64,000 nt of DNA, taken from contig DATCOX010000028.1 in the NCBI GenBank assembly GCA_036564495.1, positions 876 through 64,875 on the forward strand, given 5' to 3'. The notes below the pieces were generated by a model that saw nothing but the letters and a program-made list of their open reading frames with translations, searched no databases and was not told where the DNA came from. Both the position numbers and the translations under genes were made by a program. This DNA comes from Candidatus Limnocylindria bacterium (GTDB taxonomy: Bacteria > Chloroflexota > Limnocylindria > QHBO01). Positions 47,308 through 56,723 of this stretch are shown piece after piece (within the stretch, counting starts at the first letter, position 1; the number at the start of each line of letters is the position of its first letter).

Positions 47308-47991
47308 ATGCGCCACGAGCGCGAGCTGCGGCTGGCGGGGTTCCAGCGGATCGCGGGGATCGACGAGGTCGGTCGCGGGTCGCTTGCGGGACCGGTCGTG
47401 GCGGCGGCGGTGGTCCTGCCGGAGCGGCATCGGATCAAGGGCCTGCGCGACAGCAAGGTCCTCCCACGGGCCCGACGCGAAGCGCTCTATGAGCTGATCC
47501 TCGACCGCGCCGATGGGGTGGGGGTCGGCTGCATGGAGGTCGAGGTGATCGACCGCATCAATATCCTGCAGGCCACCAAGCTGGCCATGCGCCAGGCGCT
47601 CGGGCATCTCAGCCCCACCCCCGACCACTTGGTGATCGATGCGCTCAGCCTCCGTGAGGTGGACCTCCCGCAGCGCGCGATCATCGATGGCGACGCGATC
47701 AGCGCCTCGATCGCCGCGGCGAGCATCGTGGCCAAGGTGACCCGCGATCGCATCTGTGCGGAGTTCGACGATCGCTACCCGGCGTACGGCTTCGCGCGCA
47801 ACAAGGGCTACGGCACGCGACATCACGTCGAGGCGCTGCTGCGCGAAGGTCCGTGCGAGTGGCACCGCCGGTCCTTCGCCCCGCTGCGGCTGATGCTCGC
47901 CGGGGAGCAGCTCTCGCTCGACATGTTCATGGACGGGGCGATCTTCATCGAGGACGAGCTGGAGCCCGAGGTGCTCGACCCGGAGGAGTAG
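47308..47991 (+). CDS. rnhB: Ribonuclease HII
   Basis: GIDEVGRGSLAGPVV catalytic motif. Confidence 0.85.
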   Translation: MRHERELRLAGFQRIAGIDEVGRGSLAGPVVAAAVVLPERHRIKGLRDSKVLPRARREALYELILDRADGVGVGCMEVEVIDRINILQATKLAMRQALGHLSPTPDHLVIDALSLREVDLPQRAIIDGDAISASIAAASIVAKVTRDRICAEFDDRYPAYGFARNKGYGTRHHVEALLREGPCEWHRRSFAPLRLMLAGEQLSLDMFMDGAIFIEDELEPEVLDPEE

Positions 47992-48027
47992 TCACCGCAC
48001 TGCTCGCCTCCCGCGAGGAGCGCCCGC

Positions 48028-48399
48028 GTGCCGGACCCACGTCATTCGCTCGGCGAGCGCGCCGAGGCCGCCGTCGCCGCCTGGCTGGAGGAACGTGGCT
48101 GGGCGATCCTCGCGCGTCGCTGGCGCTGTCGCGAGGGCGAGATCGATCTTGTGGCGCTCGATCCGGATGGGACGCTGGTGGCGGTCGAGGTCAAGCTGCG
48201 GCGGACCGGTCGGGCCGGCGACCCATCCGAGAGCGTGGATCGCCGACGGATCGGCCGTCTGTGGGCGGCGCTCGGTCGCTTCAGCGCTGAATCGCGAAGT
48301 CGGGCGAGGGGTGGCCTCCGCCTCGACCTGGTCGGCGTTCAACCGTCCGGGGACGGTCGCTGGCGTCTCATCCACCAGCGCGGGATCGGCGGCTGGTGA
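48028..48399 (+). CDS. YraN/UPF0102-family endonuclease-like protein
   Basis: GE(I/V)DLV restriction-endonuclease-like core (GEIDLVALD). Confidence 0.8.
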   Translation: MPDPRHSLGERAEAAVAAWLEERGWAILARRWRCREGEIDLVALDPDGTLVAVEVKLRRTGRAGDPSESVDRRRIGRLWAALGRFSAESRSRARGGLRLDLVGVQPSGDGRWRLIHQRGIGGW

Positions 48400-48411
48400 G
48401 CCCAAGGACGA

Positions 48412-49500
48412 TCAACCGCCGAAGAGCTTCTCCAAGGCCCGGACCGCCGCGATGTAGGGCCGCGTCACCGCATACACGCCATGCAGATCGGCGGCGGTCT
48501 GGCCCTGGTAGTAGGCCGCCAGCACCAGCGAGCGGTCGCCGTGGTACCGGTGCAGGTAGTGGCGCAGCAGGACGATGCCGGCCCGCACGTTGGAGCGCGC
48601 GTCGTACAGGTTGACCGGCCGGCCAAGCATCGTGCTGGCGACCCAGTCCGCCGTCGAGGGGGTGAGCTGCATGACCCCGACGGCGCCGGCCGCGCTGACC
48701 ACCCGCGCCCGCCAGCCGGACTCCTGCCAGGCGACGGCCAGCGCCAGCGCGACCGGCACGCCCGCTGACTTCGCCTCGGCGCGGATGATGCGGCCGATTC
48801 CATCGCGCGCCGCGACCAGCGAAGCCATCTCGGCTGGCATCACGCGGGCGGCGCCTGTCACAGGTGCTACCGGGCCGGCCCCGGGGATGGTGAGCCGCTG
48901 GCCGACGCACAGGTACGACGGATCGGCGATCCCGTTGGCTGCGGCGATGGCCGCGATGGTCGATCCATAGTGGTGGGCGATCGAGGTCAGGGTCTCGCCC
49001 CCCGCGACGACGTGGACGACGCCCTTTGGCCTGGCCTTGGCGGCGGGCGCCGTCGTAGCGGGGCCGGTGCCGCCGGGAGGCGTGGGGATGGTGAGCCGCT
49101 GGCCGACGCGCAGGTACGACGGATCGGCGATCCGGTTGGCTGCGGCGATGGCCGCGATGGTCGATCCGTAGTGGTGGGCGATCGAGGTCAGGGTCTCACC
49201 CCACGCGACGATGTGGACGACGTCCTTTGGCCTGGCCTTGGCGGCGGGCGCCGTCGTAGCGGGCGCTCCGCTGAGCCGGAGCCGCTGGCCGACGTAGATG
49301 CGATTCGGGTCGCTGATGCCGTTCAGCGCGCGCAGCTGCTCGACGGTGAGGCCCTGCGCGAGAGCGATCTCGCTCAGCGTGTCGCCCGCCCTCACGATGA
49401 CGACACGGTCGGTGGCGGCTGCCGGGACAGCGATCGCGCTGCCGGCGAGTACCGCGATGAGCGCGGCGATGCGAAGCATGGGCAGGGTCTGATGTGGCAT
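48412..49500 (-). CDS. Secreted peptidoglycan-binding protein: 3x LysM plus C-terminal lytic-transglycosylase (SLT) domain
   Basis: Signal peptide; three LysM repeats; SLT motifs (AWQESGW, GVMQL, YN.G). Confidence 0.8.
   Translation of the reverse strand: MPHQTLPMLRIAALIAVLAGSAIAVPAAATDRVVIVRAGDTLSEIALAQGLTVEQLRALNGISDPNRIYVGQRLRLSGAPATTAPAAKARPKDVVHIVAWGETLTSIAHHYGSTIAAIAAANRIADPSYLRVGQRLTIPTPPGGTGPATTAPAAKARPKGVVHVVAGGETLTSIAHHYGSTIAAIAAANGIADPSYLCVGQRLTIPGAGPVAPVTGAARVMPAEMASLVAARDGIGRIIRAEAKSAGVPVALALAVAWQESGWRARVVSAAGAVGVMQLTPSTADWVASTMLGRPVNLYDARSNVRAGIVLLRHYLHRYHGDRSLVLAAYYQGQTAADLHGVYAVTRPYIAAVRALEKLFGG
48886..49287. repeat. 201-bp tandem duplication (2 units, about 95% identical) inside the LysM/SLT gene
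   Basis: Units 48886-49086 and 49087-49287 encode near-identical LysM2/LysM3 modules. Confidence 0.85.
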
Positions 49501-49650
49501 GCGTCTGCGACTCCTCGACGAAACGGCAGGCGCATCGTCTCAGGCATCGGCATCCGGTCAAGGTACGAGAGGAATGGGGATTGGAGTACTTCGGTACCGT
49601 TTGCAGAGGTCCCCAAGCCGCCCTGGGGGAGTGCCCACGAGCACGGGTGC

Positions 49651-49656
49651 TATACT
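49651..49656 (+). promoter_or_regulatory. TGnTATACT extended -10 upstream of the rpsB-tsf-pyrH-frr operon
   Basis: gTGcTATACT; 154-nt leader before rpsB. Confidence 0.35.
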
Positions 49657-49809
49657 GCCGCGCGGTTCGGAGCGACTCCTCGGGAGCGCGTTTCGCGCCG
49701 GACGATCCCATCACACACGCACGCCGATCCTGCGGTCCACGGTGCCCGTCGCAGACGGGTCGACCGACGGGAGCTGAGGCGGGCGGAGGAAAGAACCGGA
49801 GGAATACCC

Positions 49810-50718
49810 TTGGCTGCCGTCAGCATGAAGCAGCTACTCGAGGCGGGCGTCCACTTTGGGCACCAGACCCGGCGCTGGAACCCCAAGATGCGCGACTTCA
49901 TCTTCGGGGAGCGCAACGGGGTCCACATCATCGACCTGGCCCAGACCGTCACGCGGCTGGATGCGGCGCTCGAGTTCGTCCGCGAGACGATCCGGCGCGG
50001 CGACTCCATCCTCTTCGTCGGAACGAAGAAGCAGGCCCAGGAGACGGTCGCCGCGGAGGCCGAGCGCTGCGGCCAGCACTACGTGAACAATCGCTGGCTG
50101 GGCGGGATGCTCACCAACTTCACCACGATCAAGCGGCGCATCCAGCGCCTCGAGGCGCTCGAGGCACGGCGCGACGCCGGCGAGTTCGAGCGCCTCACGA
50201 AGAAGGAGGCTGGCAAGCTCACCGAGGAGATCGTTAAGCTCAACAATGCGCTCGGCGGGATCCGCCGCATGCGTCGCGTGCCGGGCGCCCTGTTCATCGT
50301 CGATCCCCATCGCGAGTCGATCGCGGTGCTCGAGGCTCGCCGCCTCGAGATCCCGATCGTGGCCATCACCGACACGAACTGCGATCCGGACCAGATCGAC
50401 TGGGTGATCCCCGCCAACGACGACGCGATCCGCTCCGTTCGCCTGATCGCCTCCAAGGTGGCCGACGCCGCTCTCGAGGCGCAGGTGGAGCGGCAGGCCC
50501 GCCTCGACGAGGAGTTCGAGCAGGCGGAGGCGCTCCCGCCGGTGGATGACGCGACGCTGGTCGCCGATGCCGACTACAGCGCCGCCCTGGCCAGCGGCGA
50601 GGCGCTCGTCTTCGAGCCCGAGCCGGAGGAAGACGAGGAGGAGGAGCGCCGCGCCCGCGCCCGCCGTGCCGCCGAGGCCGCGGAGGAAGAGACCGACGAG
50701 GACCCGACGCTTGCCTGA
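49810..50718 (+). CDS. rpsB: 30S ribosomal protein S2
   Basis: TTG start giving [23 protein letters not shown]; GGAGGA RBS; acidic C-terminal tail. Confidence 0.9.
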   Translation: MAAVSMKQLLEAGVHFGHQTRRWNPKMRDFIFGERNGVHIIDLAQTVTRLDAALEFVRETIRRGDSILFVGTKKQAQETVAAEAERCGQHYVNNRWLGGMLTNFTTIKRRIQRLEALEARRDAGEFERLTKKEAGKLTEEIVKLNNALGGIRRMRRVPGALFIVDPHRESIAVLEARRLEIPIVAITDTNCDPDQIDWVIPANDDAIRSVRLIASKVADAALEAQVERQARLDEEFEQAEALPPVDDATLVADADYSAALASGEALVFEPEPEEDEEEERRARARRAAEAAEEETDEDPTLA

Positions 50719-50757
50719 GGCGGCATCGGTAGGACAGGAAGGAACGAACGACAGGCA

Positions 50758-51375
50758 ATGATCAGGCCCGAGGACGTGAAGCGCCTCCGTGAGCAGACGG
50801 GGGCGGGGATCATGGATTGCAAGCGGGCGCTCGAGGAGAGCTCCGGCGACGTCGAGCAGGCTGTTGCTTGGCTGCGCGAGAAGGGCCTCTCGACCGCCGC
50901 CAAGAAGGCCGGCCGGGAGGCGCGCGAGGGCGTCATCGCGAGCTATATCCACCACGGCGCGCGCCTGGGCGTCCTGCTCGAGCTCAATTGCGAGACCGAT
51001 TTCGTGGCGCGCACCGACGACTTCAAGCAGCTGGCACGGGAGCTGGCGATGCAGGTCGCGGGGCTCTCGCCGAGCTGGGTGAGCCGCGACGACGTGCCCG
51101 CCGAGGCGCTCGAGGAGCAGCGCCGAGAGTTCGCCGAAGAGGCGGAGCGCGACGGACGCCCGGCGGACCGCGTGCCGCAGATCGTTGAGGGCAAGCTCAA
51201 CAAGTGGCTTGAGTCGGTCTGCCTGCTCGAGATGCCCTTCCGCGACACCGAGAAGCGCGTCAGCGACCTGATCAGCGAGAAGATCGCGCTGTTGGGCGAG
51301 AATATCCGGGTCGCACGCTTCGCCCGCATGGCGGTCGGCGAGACCGCGGAACGCGACGGCCAGGAGGCCGCCTAG
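50758..51375 (+). CDS. tsf: Elongation factor Ts
   Basis: [19 protein letters not shown]-like N-terminus. Confidence 0.9.
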   Translation: MIRPEDVKRLREQTGAGIMDCKRALEESSGDVEQAVAWLREKGLSTAAKKAGREAREGVIASYIHHGARLGVLLELNCETDFVARTDDFKQLARELAMQVAGLSPSWVSRDDVPAEALEEQRREFAEEAERDGRPADRVPQIVEGKLNKWLESVCLLEMPFRDTEKRVSDLISEKIALLGENIRVARFARMAVGETAERDGQEAA

Positions 51376-51376
51376 A

Positions 51377-52123
51377 TTGACCGATCCCGCCCGCGACCTG
51401 GCCCCGCCCCCGCACCGAGTGCTTCTGAAGCTGTCGGGCGAGGCGCTCATGGGCGGGCGCCAGTACGGGATCGACCCGGACGTGGTGCGCGGCATCGCGG
51501 CCCAGGTGGCCGAGGCGCGTCACGACGGGATCGAGGTGGCGGTGGTGGTCGGCGGCGGCAACATCTTCCGGGGCGTGGCGGCCGCTGCCTCCGGCATGGA
51601 CCGTGCGACGGCCGATTACATGGGCATGCTGGCAACGGCGATGAACGGCCTCGCGCTGCAGGACGCGCTCGAGCAGGCCGAGTGCCCGACTCGCGTCATG
51701 AGCGCGATCGCCATGAACGAGATCGCCGAGCCCTACATCCGGCGGCGTGCCGTGCGCCACCTCGAGAAGGGGCGCGTGGTCGTCCTCGTGGCGGGGACCG
51801 GCAATCCGTACTTCACGACCGATACCGCCGCCACGCTGCGCGCCGTCGAGCTGGCGGCCGAGGTGATCCTCAAGGCGACGCGCGTCGATGGCGTGTACGA
51901 CGCCGATCCGGAGAAGCACCCCGACGCGACGCGCTTCACCCAGATCGGCTATACCGAGCTCCTTGCGAGCCGGCTGGAGGCCCTTGATGCGACGGCCGTC
52001 AGCCTGGCGATGGACAATGAGATGCCGATCGTCGTCTTCGACATGACCCAGCCGGGCAACATCCTGCGGGCGGTGCGCGGCGAGGCGATCGGGACGCGCA
52101 TCGGGGGCGAGGAGCGACCATGA
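51377..52123 (+). CDS. pyrH: UMP kinase
   Basis: KLSGEAL...[10 protein letters not shown]...[13 protein letters not shown] motifs. Confidence 0.9.
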   Translation: MTDPARDLAPPPHRVLLKLSGEALMGGRQYGIDPDVVRGIAAQVAEARHDGIEVAVVVGGGNIFRGVAAAASGMDRATADYMGMLATAMNGLALQDALEQAECPTRVMSAIAMNEIAEPYIRRRAVRHLEKGRVVVLVAGTGNPYFTTDTAATLRAVELAAEVILKATRVDGVYDADPEKHPDATRFTQIGYTELLASRLEALDATAVSLAMDNEMPIVVFDMTQPGNILRAVRGEAIGTRIGGEERP

Positions 52124-52677
52124 CCCACGCGGAGATCCTGGCGGCCGAGCCGAAGATGCAGCGATCGGTCGAGGCAATGGAGCGCGACTTCGCCGGGATC
52201 CGGACCGGACGGGCCTCGACCGCCCTCGTCGAACGGATCCAGGTCGAGTACTACGGAACGCCGACGCCGCTCAACCAGATCGCCGGCATCAGCACCCCGG
52301 ACCCGCACCTGATCGTCATCCAGCCCTGGGATCGATCGGTCCTGTCCGCGATCGAGCGCGCCCTCATCAAGAGCGAGATCGGCATCACGCCGAACGTTGA
52401 CGGGACCGTCGTGCGGCTCAGCGTGCCGCCACTCACCGAGGAGCGCAGGCGCGAGATGGTGAAGGGGGTCCGCAAGCGGGCCGAGGAGGCGAGGGTCGAG
52501 TTGCGGGTCCACCGCCGCGACGTCGCCGATCACCTGAAGAAGGGCCTCCGCGACGGGAACCTCTCGGAGGACGAGGAGCGGCGCGAGCTCGAGGCGCTGC
52601 AGCGTATGACGGACCGCTTCGTCGAGCTGGTGGATGCCCGCGCCGAGCGCAAGGAAGCCGAAGTGATGGAGGTCTGA
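52120..52677 (+). CDS. frr: Ribosome recycling factor
   Basis: Typical RRF sequence; overlaps pyrH by 4 nt. Confidence 0.9.
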   Translation: MTHAEILAAEPKMQRSVEAMERDFAGIRTGRASTALVERIQVEYYGTPTPLNQIAGISTPDPHLIVIQPWDRSVLSAIERALIKSEIGITPNVDGTVVRLSVPPLTEERRREMVKGVRKRAEEARVELRVHRRDVADHLKKGLRDGNLSEDEERRELEALQRMTDRFVELVDARAERKEAEVMEV

Positions 52678-52681
52678 GGCG

Positions 52682-53374
52682 CTGCCGCTCCGTGATCATC
52701 CGCGACACGTCGCGATCATCATGGACGGGAATCGGCGCTGGGCCGCGGCGCGCGGGCTGCCGGCGATCGCCGGCCACGTCCAGGGGGTCGAGGCGATTCG
52801 ACCCATCGTGCGCGTGGCTCCCGACAAGGGGATCGAGGTCCTCTCGCTCTACGTCTTCAGCCGCGAGAACTGGCGGCGTCCGGAGGACGAGGTCACCGGG
52901 CTCCTCGGCCTGATCGACGGGGCCGTGCGCCAGCACACCGACGAGCTCATGGCGCAGGGCGTACGGGTGCGGGTCATCGGCCGTCTGCACGAGGCACCGG
53001 CCGACATCGTGCGCTCGATTCGGGACGCCGAGGATCGGACGCGTGGCGGCGAGCGGATGGCGCTTAACATCGCCTTCAACTACGCGGGCCGGGCCGAGAT
53101 CATCGACGCCGCGCGCGCGCTCGTGGCCGCCGGGGTCTCCGCTCACGAGATCGACGAGGAGCGGTTCGGCGAGCAGCTGTACACCGCCGGCCAGCCCGAC
53201 CCGGACCTCATCATCCGCACCGGGGGCGAGCAACGCACCAGCAACTTCCTGCTGTGGCAGGGCGCCTATGCCGAGCTCGTCTTCTCGAACACCCTGTGGC
53301 CGGATTTCGCCGAGGCGGACCTCGATGCCGCCATCGAGGAGTTCGCTCAACGACAGCGCCGCTACGGCGCATGA
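52682..53374 (+). CDS. uppS: Undecaprenyl-diphosphate synthase (Z-prenyltransferase); start uncertain (CTG 52682, or ATG 52721 which would truncate the conserved N-terminus)
   Basis: HVAIIMDGNRRWA catalytic motif lies upstream of the first ATG but within the open frame. Confidence 0.8.
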   Translation: MPLRDHPRHVAIIMDGNRRWAAARGLPAIAGHVQGVEAIRPIVRVAPDKGIEVLSLYVFSRENWRRPEDEVTGLLGLIDGAVRQHTDELMAQGVRVRVIGRLHEAPADIVRSIRDAEDRTRGGERMALNIAFNYAGRAEIIDAARALVAAGVSAHEIDEERFGEQLYTAGQPDPDLIIRTGGEQRTSNFLLWQGAYAELVFSNTLWPDFAEADLDAAIEEFAQRQRRYGA

Positions 53375-53381
53375 TGAGCCG

Positions 53382-54281
53382 ATGCTCTCCACCCGCCTGA
53401 TCAGCGCCGGGATCCTGGCGCCGATCGTCGTCGTGGTGACGCTGCTCGGCGAGCCTTGGCTCTCGACGGTGGTGGGCCTGCTCATCTTTCTCGCCATGGT
53501 CGAGCTGATCTCTCTCCTCGACGCCGGGGGATTTGCGCCACCGCAGGTGGTGGCGCTGGCGGCCGGCATCGTGGTCGGCGGCGCCGGCCTGATCGCGGCC
53601 AACCAGCCGCTCATCGGTGGCTCACTGGCGGACGTGCTGCGGGCCACCGATCCGCCGGGCCTCCCGCTCGTCGCCTACGCCGGAGCGGTGGTGCTCCTGG
53701 GGATGGTCGGGTTCACCCGTGGCGACCCGCGCGAGGGGTTCATGACGTGGGCGGTCACCTCGTTCGGCGTCGCGTACGTGGCGCTCCTCGCCCCATTCAT
53801 CGTCGCCGTCTCGCACCTGTCCCCGGCAGGCGGCACCGCGGCCACGCCGATCGGCGCACTGAACCTCGACGCCGGGACGGCCTGGATGCTCCTCCTGCTT
53901 ATGGTGGTGTGGGGCTACGACTCGGGCGCCTACCTCACCGGACGCTGGCTGGGCAGGCGGCGGCTGATCGACCACATCAGCCCGTCGAAGACGGTGGAGG
54001 GCCTCGTCGGCGGGCTGCTCGCAGCGACCCTTGCGGCGGGCGTCGGCGCGTGGCTGATCGGCCTCGAGCCGTGGCAGCCGCTCGTGATCGGCCCGATCGT
54101 GGGGCTGGCCGCCCAGGCGGGCGACCTGGCCGAGTCGCTCGTCAAACGCGCGGCGGGGCGCAAGGAGTCGGGGTTCCTGGTGCCCGGCCACGGCGGCGTG
54201 CTCGACCGGATCGACTCGTTCCTGTTCGCGGCACCGGTGCTGGTCGGCTACGCGCTCCTGATCGCCGGCTTCAGCCTGTGA
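53382..54281 (+). CDS. cdsA: Phosphatidate cytidylyltransferase
   Basis: CTP-transferase signature SKTVEGLVGG...GDL.ES..KR..G.KDSG. Confidence 0.85.
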   Translation: MLSTRLISAGILAPIVVVVTLLGEPWLSTVVGLLIFLAMVELISLLDAGGFAPPQVVALAAGIVVGGAGLIAANQPLIGGSLADVLRATDPPGLPLVAYAGAVVLLGMVGFTRGDPREGFMTWAVTSFGVAYVALLAPFIVAVSHLSPAGGTAATPIGALNLDAGTAWMLLLLMVVWGYDSGAYLTGRWLGRRRLIDHISPSKTVEGLVGGLLAATLAAGVGAWLIGLEPWQPLVIGPIVGLAAQAGDLAESLVKRAAGRKESGFLVPGHGGVLDRIDSFLFAAPVLVGYALLIAGFSL

Positions 54282-55426
54282 CCGGCATCGTCCTGCTGGG
54301 ATCGACCGGGTCGATCGGCAGGCAGACGGTCGAGGTGATCGAGGCCCATCGCGAGGAGTTCAGCCTCGTTGGTCTCGCGGCGGGTCGGCCGTCCGACGAG
54401 TTCGGTGTGCAGCTCGCCGCGTGGCCCGCGGCCCGGGCCTGGTGCAGCGACGGACGGCCGGGCGGGCTCGCAGCCGAGCGCTGGGCGGCCGGCGGACTCG
54501 AGGAGCTCGCGACGATGGAAGAGGGCCAGATCGTGGTGGTCGCCACGACCGGCATGACCGCCCTGCCGGCGGTCCTCGCCGCGCTGCGCAGTGGCCGGCG
54601 CGTTGCGCTCGCCAACAAGGAGACGCTCGTCACCGGCGGCCACCTCGTCGAGCCGCTTCTGGCCGAGCTCGGTGGCGATCCGATCGACCGCCTGCGACCG
54701 ATCGACTCCGAGCACTCGGCGATCTGGCAGTGCCTGGCTGGGGAACGACTGGAGGACGTTCGGCGTCTGGTCCTGACCGCGTCGGGCGGCCCGTTCCGGG
54801 ATCGGTCGCGCGAGGAGCTCGAGGACGTCACGCCGGCAGACGCACTGGCGCATCCGACCTGGCGCATGGGCCCGAAGATCACGATCGACTCGGCCACTCT
54901 CGTCAACAAGGCGTTCGAGACGATCGAGGCCAGATGGCTGTACCGCCTGCCCTACGATAGGATTCAGGCCGTGATTCATCCCCAGAGCGTCGTGCACTCG
55001 CTGGTCGAGTTCGCCGACGGCTCGTTCAAGGCTCAGCTGGGCCTTCCCGATATGCGCCTCCCGATCCAGTACGCGCTGACCTATCCACGTCGACTGCCGT
55101 CGCCGGCCCGGCGCTCCTCGCCAGGTGACTGGGGCGCACTCGAGTTCTCGCCGCTCGATCCTGGCCGCTACCCGGCGTATGAGGCGGTGCTCGACGCTGC
55201 GCGGGTGGGTGGGAATCGCGGGACGATCCTCAACGCCGCCGACGAGGCGGCGGTCGCCGCCTTCCTGGGCGGCACGATCGGCTTCCCCCGCATCGCCGGG
55301 GTGATCTCGGACGCCGTCGAGCGCTGGGGCGCCGACGCGGAGCCCGACCTCGACGGGATCGTGGCGCTCGACGGCGAGGTGCGCGCCGCCCTCTCCGTGG
55401 AGCTCGGCCTCGGCGGGGCCGCCTGA
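54278..55426 (+). CDS. dxr: 1-deoxy-D-xylulose 5-phosphate reductoisomerase
   Basis: GSTGSIG NADPH motif and LANKE catalytic region. Confidence 0.9.
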   Translation: MTGIVLLGSTGSIGRQTVEVIEAHREEFSLVGLAAGRPSDEFGVQLAAWPAARAWCSDGRPGGLAAERWAAGGLEELATMEEGQIVVVATTGMTALPAVLAALRSGRRVALANKETLVTGGHLVEPLLAELGGDPIDRLRPIDSEHSAIWQCLAGERLEDVRRLVLTASGGPFRDRSREELEDVTPADALAHPTWRMGPKITIDSATLVNKAFETIEARWLYRLPYDRIQAVIHPQSVVHSLVEFADGSFKAQLGLPDMRLPIQYALTYPRRLPSPARRSSPGDWGALEFSPLDPGRYPAYEAVLDAARVGGNRGTILNAADEAAVAAFLGGTIGFPRIAGVISDAVERWGADAEPDLDGIVALDGEVRAALSVELGLGGAA

Positions 55427-56553
55427 TGGACGTGGTCGGGACGATCCTCGCCTTCATCGGGGTTCTCGTCGTCCTCGTGCTCGTCCACGAGTTCGGGCAC
55501 TTCATCGTGGCCAAGCGCGCCGGGATCACCGTCCAGGAGTTCGGCGTTGGCTTCCCGCCGCGGATCGGCTCGGTGGTGTGGCACGGCACGCGGTACTCGG
55601 TCAACTGGATCCCGCTCGGCGGCTTCGTGAAGATGCTCGGCGAGGACGGCGAGTCCGAGGCCGACAAGCTGCGCCACCGCGGGCTCTCGGAGGCTGCCGT
55701 CGACAAGGCGATGGCGGGCGCCTTCAACCGCAGGCCGATCTGGGTGCGCCTGGCCGTCCTGTTCGCCGGGGTGGCGATGAACTTCCTGCTCGCGTCGCTC
55801 CTCTTTGCGGTAGCGCTCAGCCTGCCCGCGCAGGAAGGACACGGACCCCTGACGATCACCGAGGTGCAGGCCGACAGCCCCGCCCTGGCGGCGGGGCTCA
55901 GGGTGGGGGACGTAATCAAAGCTGCCGACGGCCGCACCTTCGAGATCTCCCGCGACCTGACCGCCTATGTCCGATCGCGCGCCGGCCATCTCGTGCAGCT
56001 CACCGTCGTCCGCGACGGAGCGGAGACAACCATCCCCGTCACGCCACGGGCCCTGAGCGACGCGCAGGAGGCAAAGGGCCTCGGCGCAATCGGCTTCAGC
56101 TATGAGCCGGATCGCTTCGTCGACGTCCCCGCCAGCGCCGCAAACCCGATCCAGGCGACGTGGCAGGGCGTCAGCGCCGCTGGCGACCTGGCGCGCAAGA
56201 TCCCCGGCGGCCTCGCGTCGGCGGTGGCGGGGCTGCTCGGGCTCGCGCCGGACGCCGGCACCGCGGTCGGTCCGATCGGGATCGCCTCCGAGACTGGCCG
56301 CGTGCTCCGCGCACCGCTCGGCAGCCAGCTGATCTTCGTCGGGATCCTCTCCGTCAACCTGGCGGTCCTCAACGTCCTGCCCTTCCCGCCGCTCGACGGC
56401 GGCAGGATCGCGGTGGTAGTGGTCGAGGGGATCCGCCGTCGCCGCCTGCCGGCCGAGCGCGAGGCGCTCGTCTACCTCACCGGCTTCATGGTGCTGATCG
56501 TGCTGGTGATCCTCATCTCGATCCGGGACGTCGCCAATCTGATCGGCGGCTGA
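55426..56553 (+). CDS. rseP: RIP site-2 zinc metalloprotease RseP
   Basis: HEFGH zinc motif in TM1, PDZ domain, LDGG motif. Confidence 0.85.
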   Translation: MDVVGTILAFIGVLVVLVLVHEFGHFIVAKRAGITVQEFGVGFPPRIGSVVWHGTRYSVNWIPLGGFVKMLGEDGESEADKLRHRGLSEAAVDKAMAGAFNRRPIWVRLAVLFAGVAMNFLLASLLFAVALSLPAQEGHGPLTITEVQADSPALAAGLRVGDVIKAADGRTFEISRDLTAYVRSRAGHLVQLTVVRDGAETTIPVTPRALSDAQEAKGLGAIGFSYEPDRFVDVPASAANPIQATWQGVSAAGDLARKIPGGLASAVAGLLGLAPDAGTAVGPIGIASETGRVLRAPLGSQLIFVGILSVNLAVLNVLPFPPLDGGRIAVVVVEGIRRRRLPAEREALVYLTGFMVLIVLVILISIRDVANLIGG

Positions 56554-56600
56554 GGGCCCCCGCGATCTCCCGAGGGGTGGCGGGAGCCTGCCTCGGCTGG

Positions 56601-56606
56601 TATACT
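56601..56606 (+). promoter_or_regulatory. TATACT -10 box of the nusA-infB operon
   Basis: 118 nt upstream of the nusA GTG. Confidence 0.3.
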
Positions 56607-56660
56607 TCGGCCGATTTCGCGGGCCGTTCGAGCGGACCAAATCGATACTGATCATGAGTG

Positions 56661-56699
56661 CAACGTGGGTCGGTTCGCCAGCCCCACGTTTTTGTTTCT
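56661..56699 (+). terminator. Leader attenuator/intrinsic terminator in the nusA 5' UTR
   Basis: Hairpin acgtgggtcgg-UUCG-ccagccccacgt followed by UUUUUGUUUCU; the longest T-run in the window, 25 nt before the nusA start. Confidence 0.55.
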
Positions 56700-56723
56700 G
56701 CCCATCAGGGGCGAGGTGCGGAT

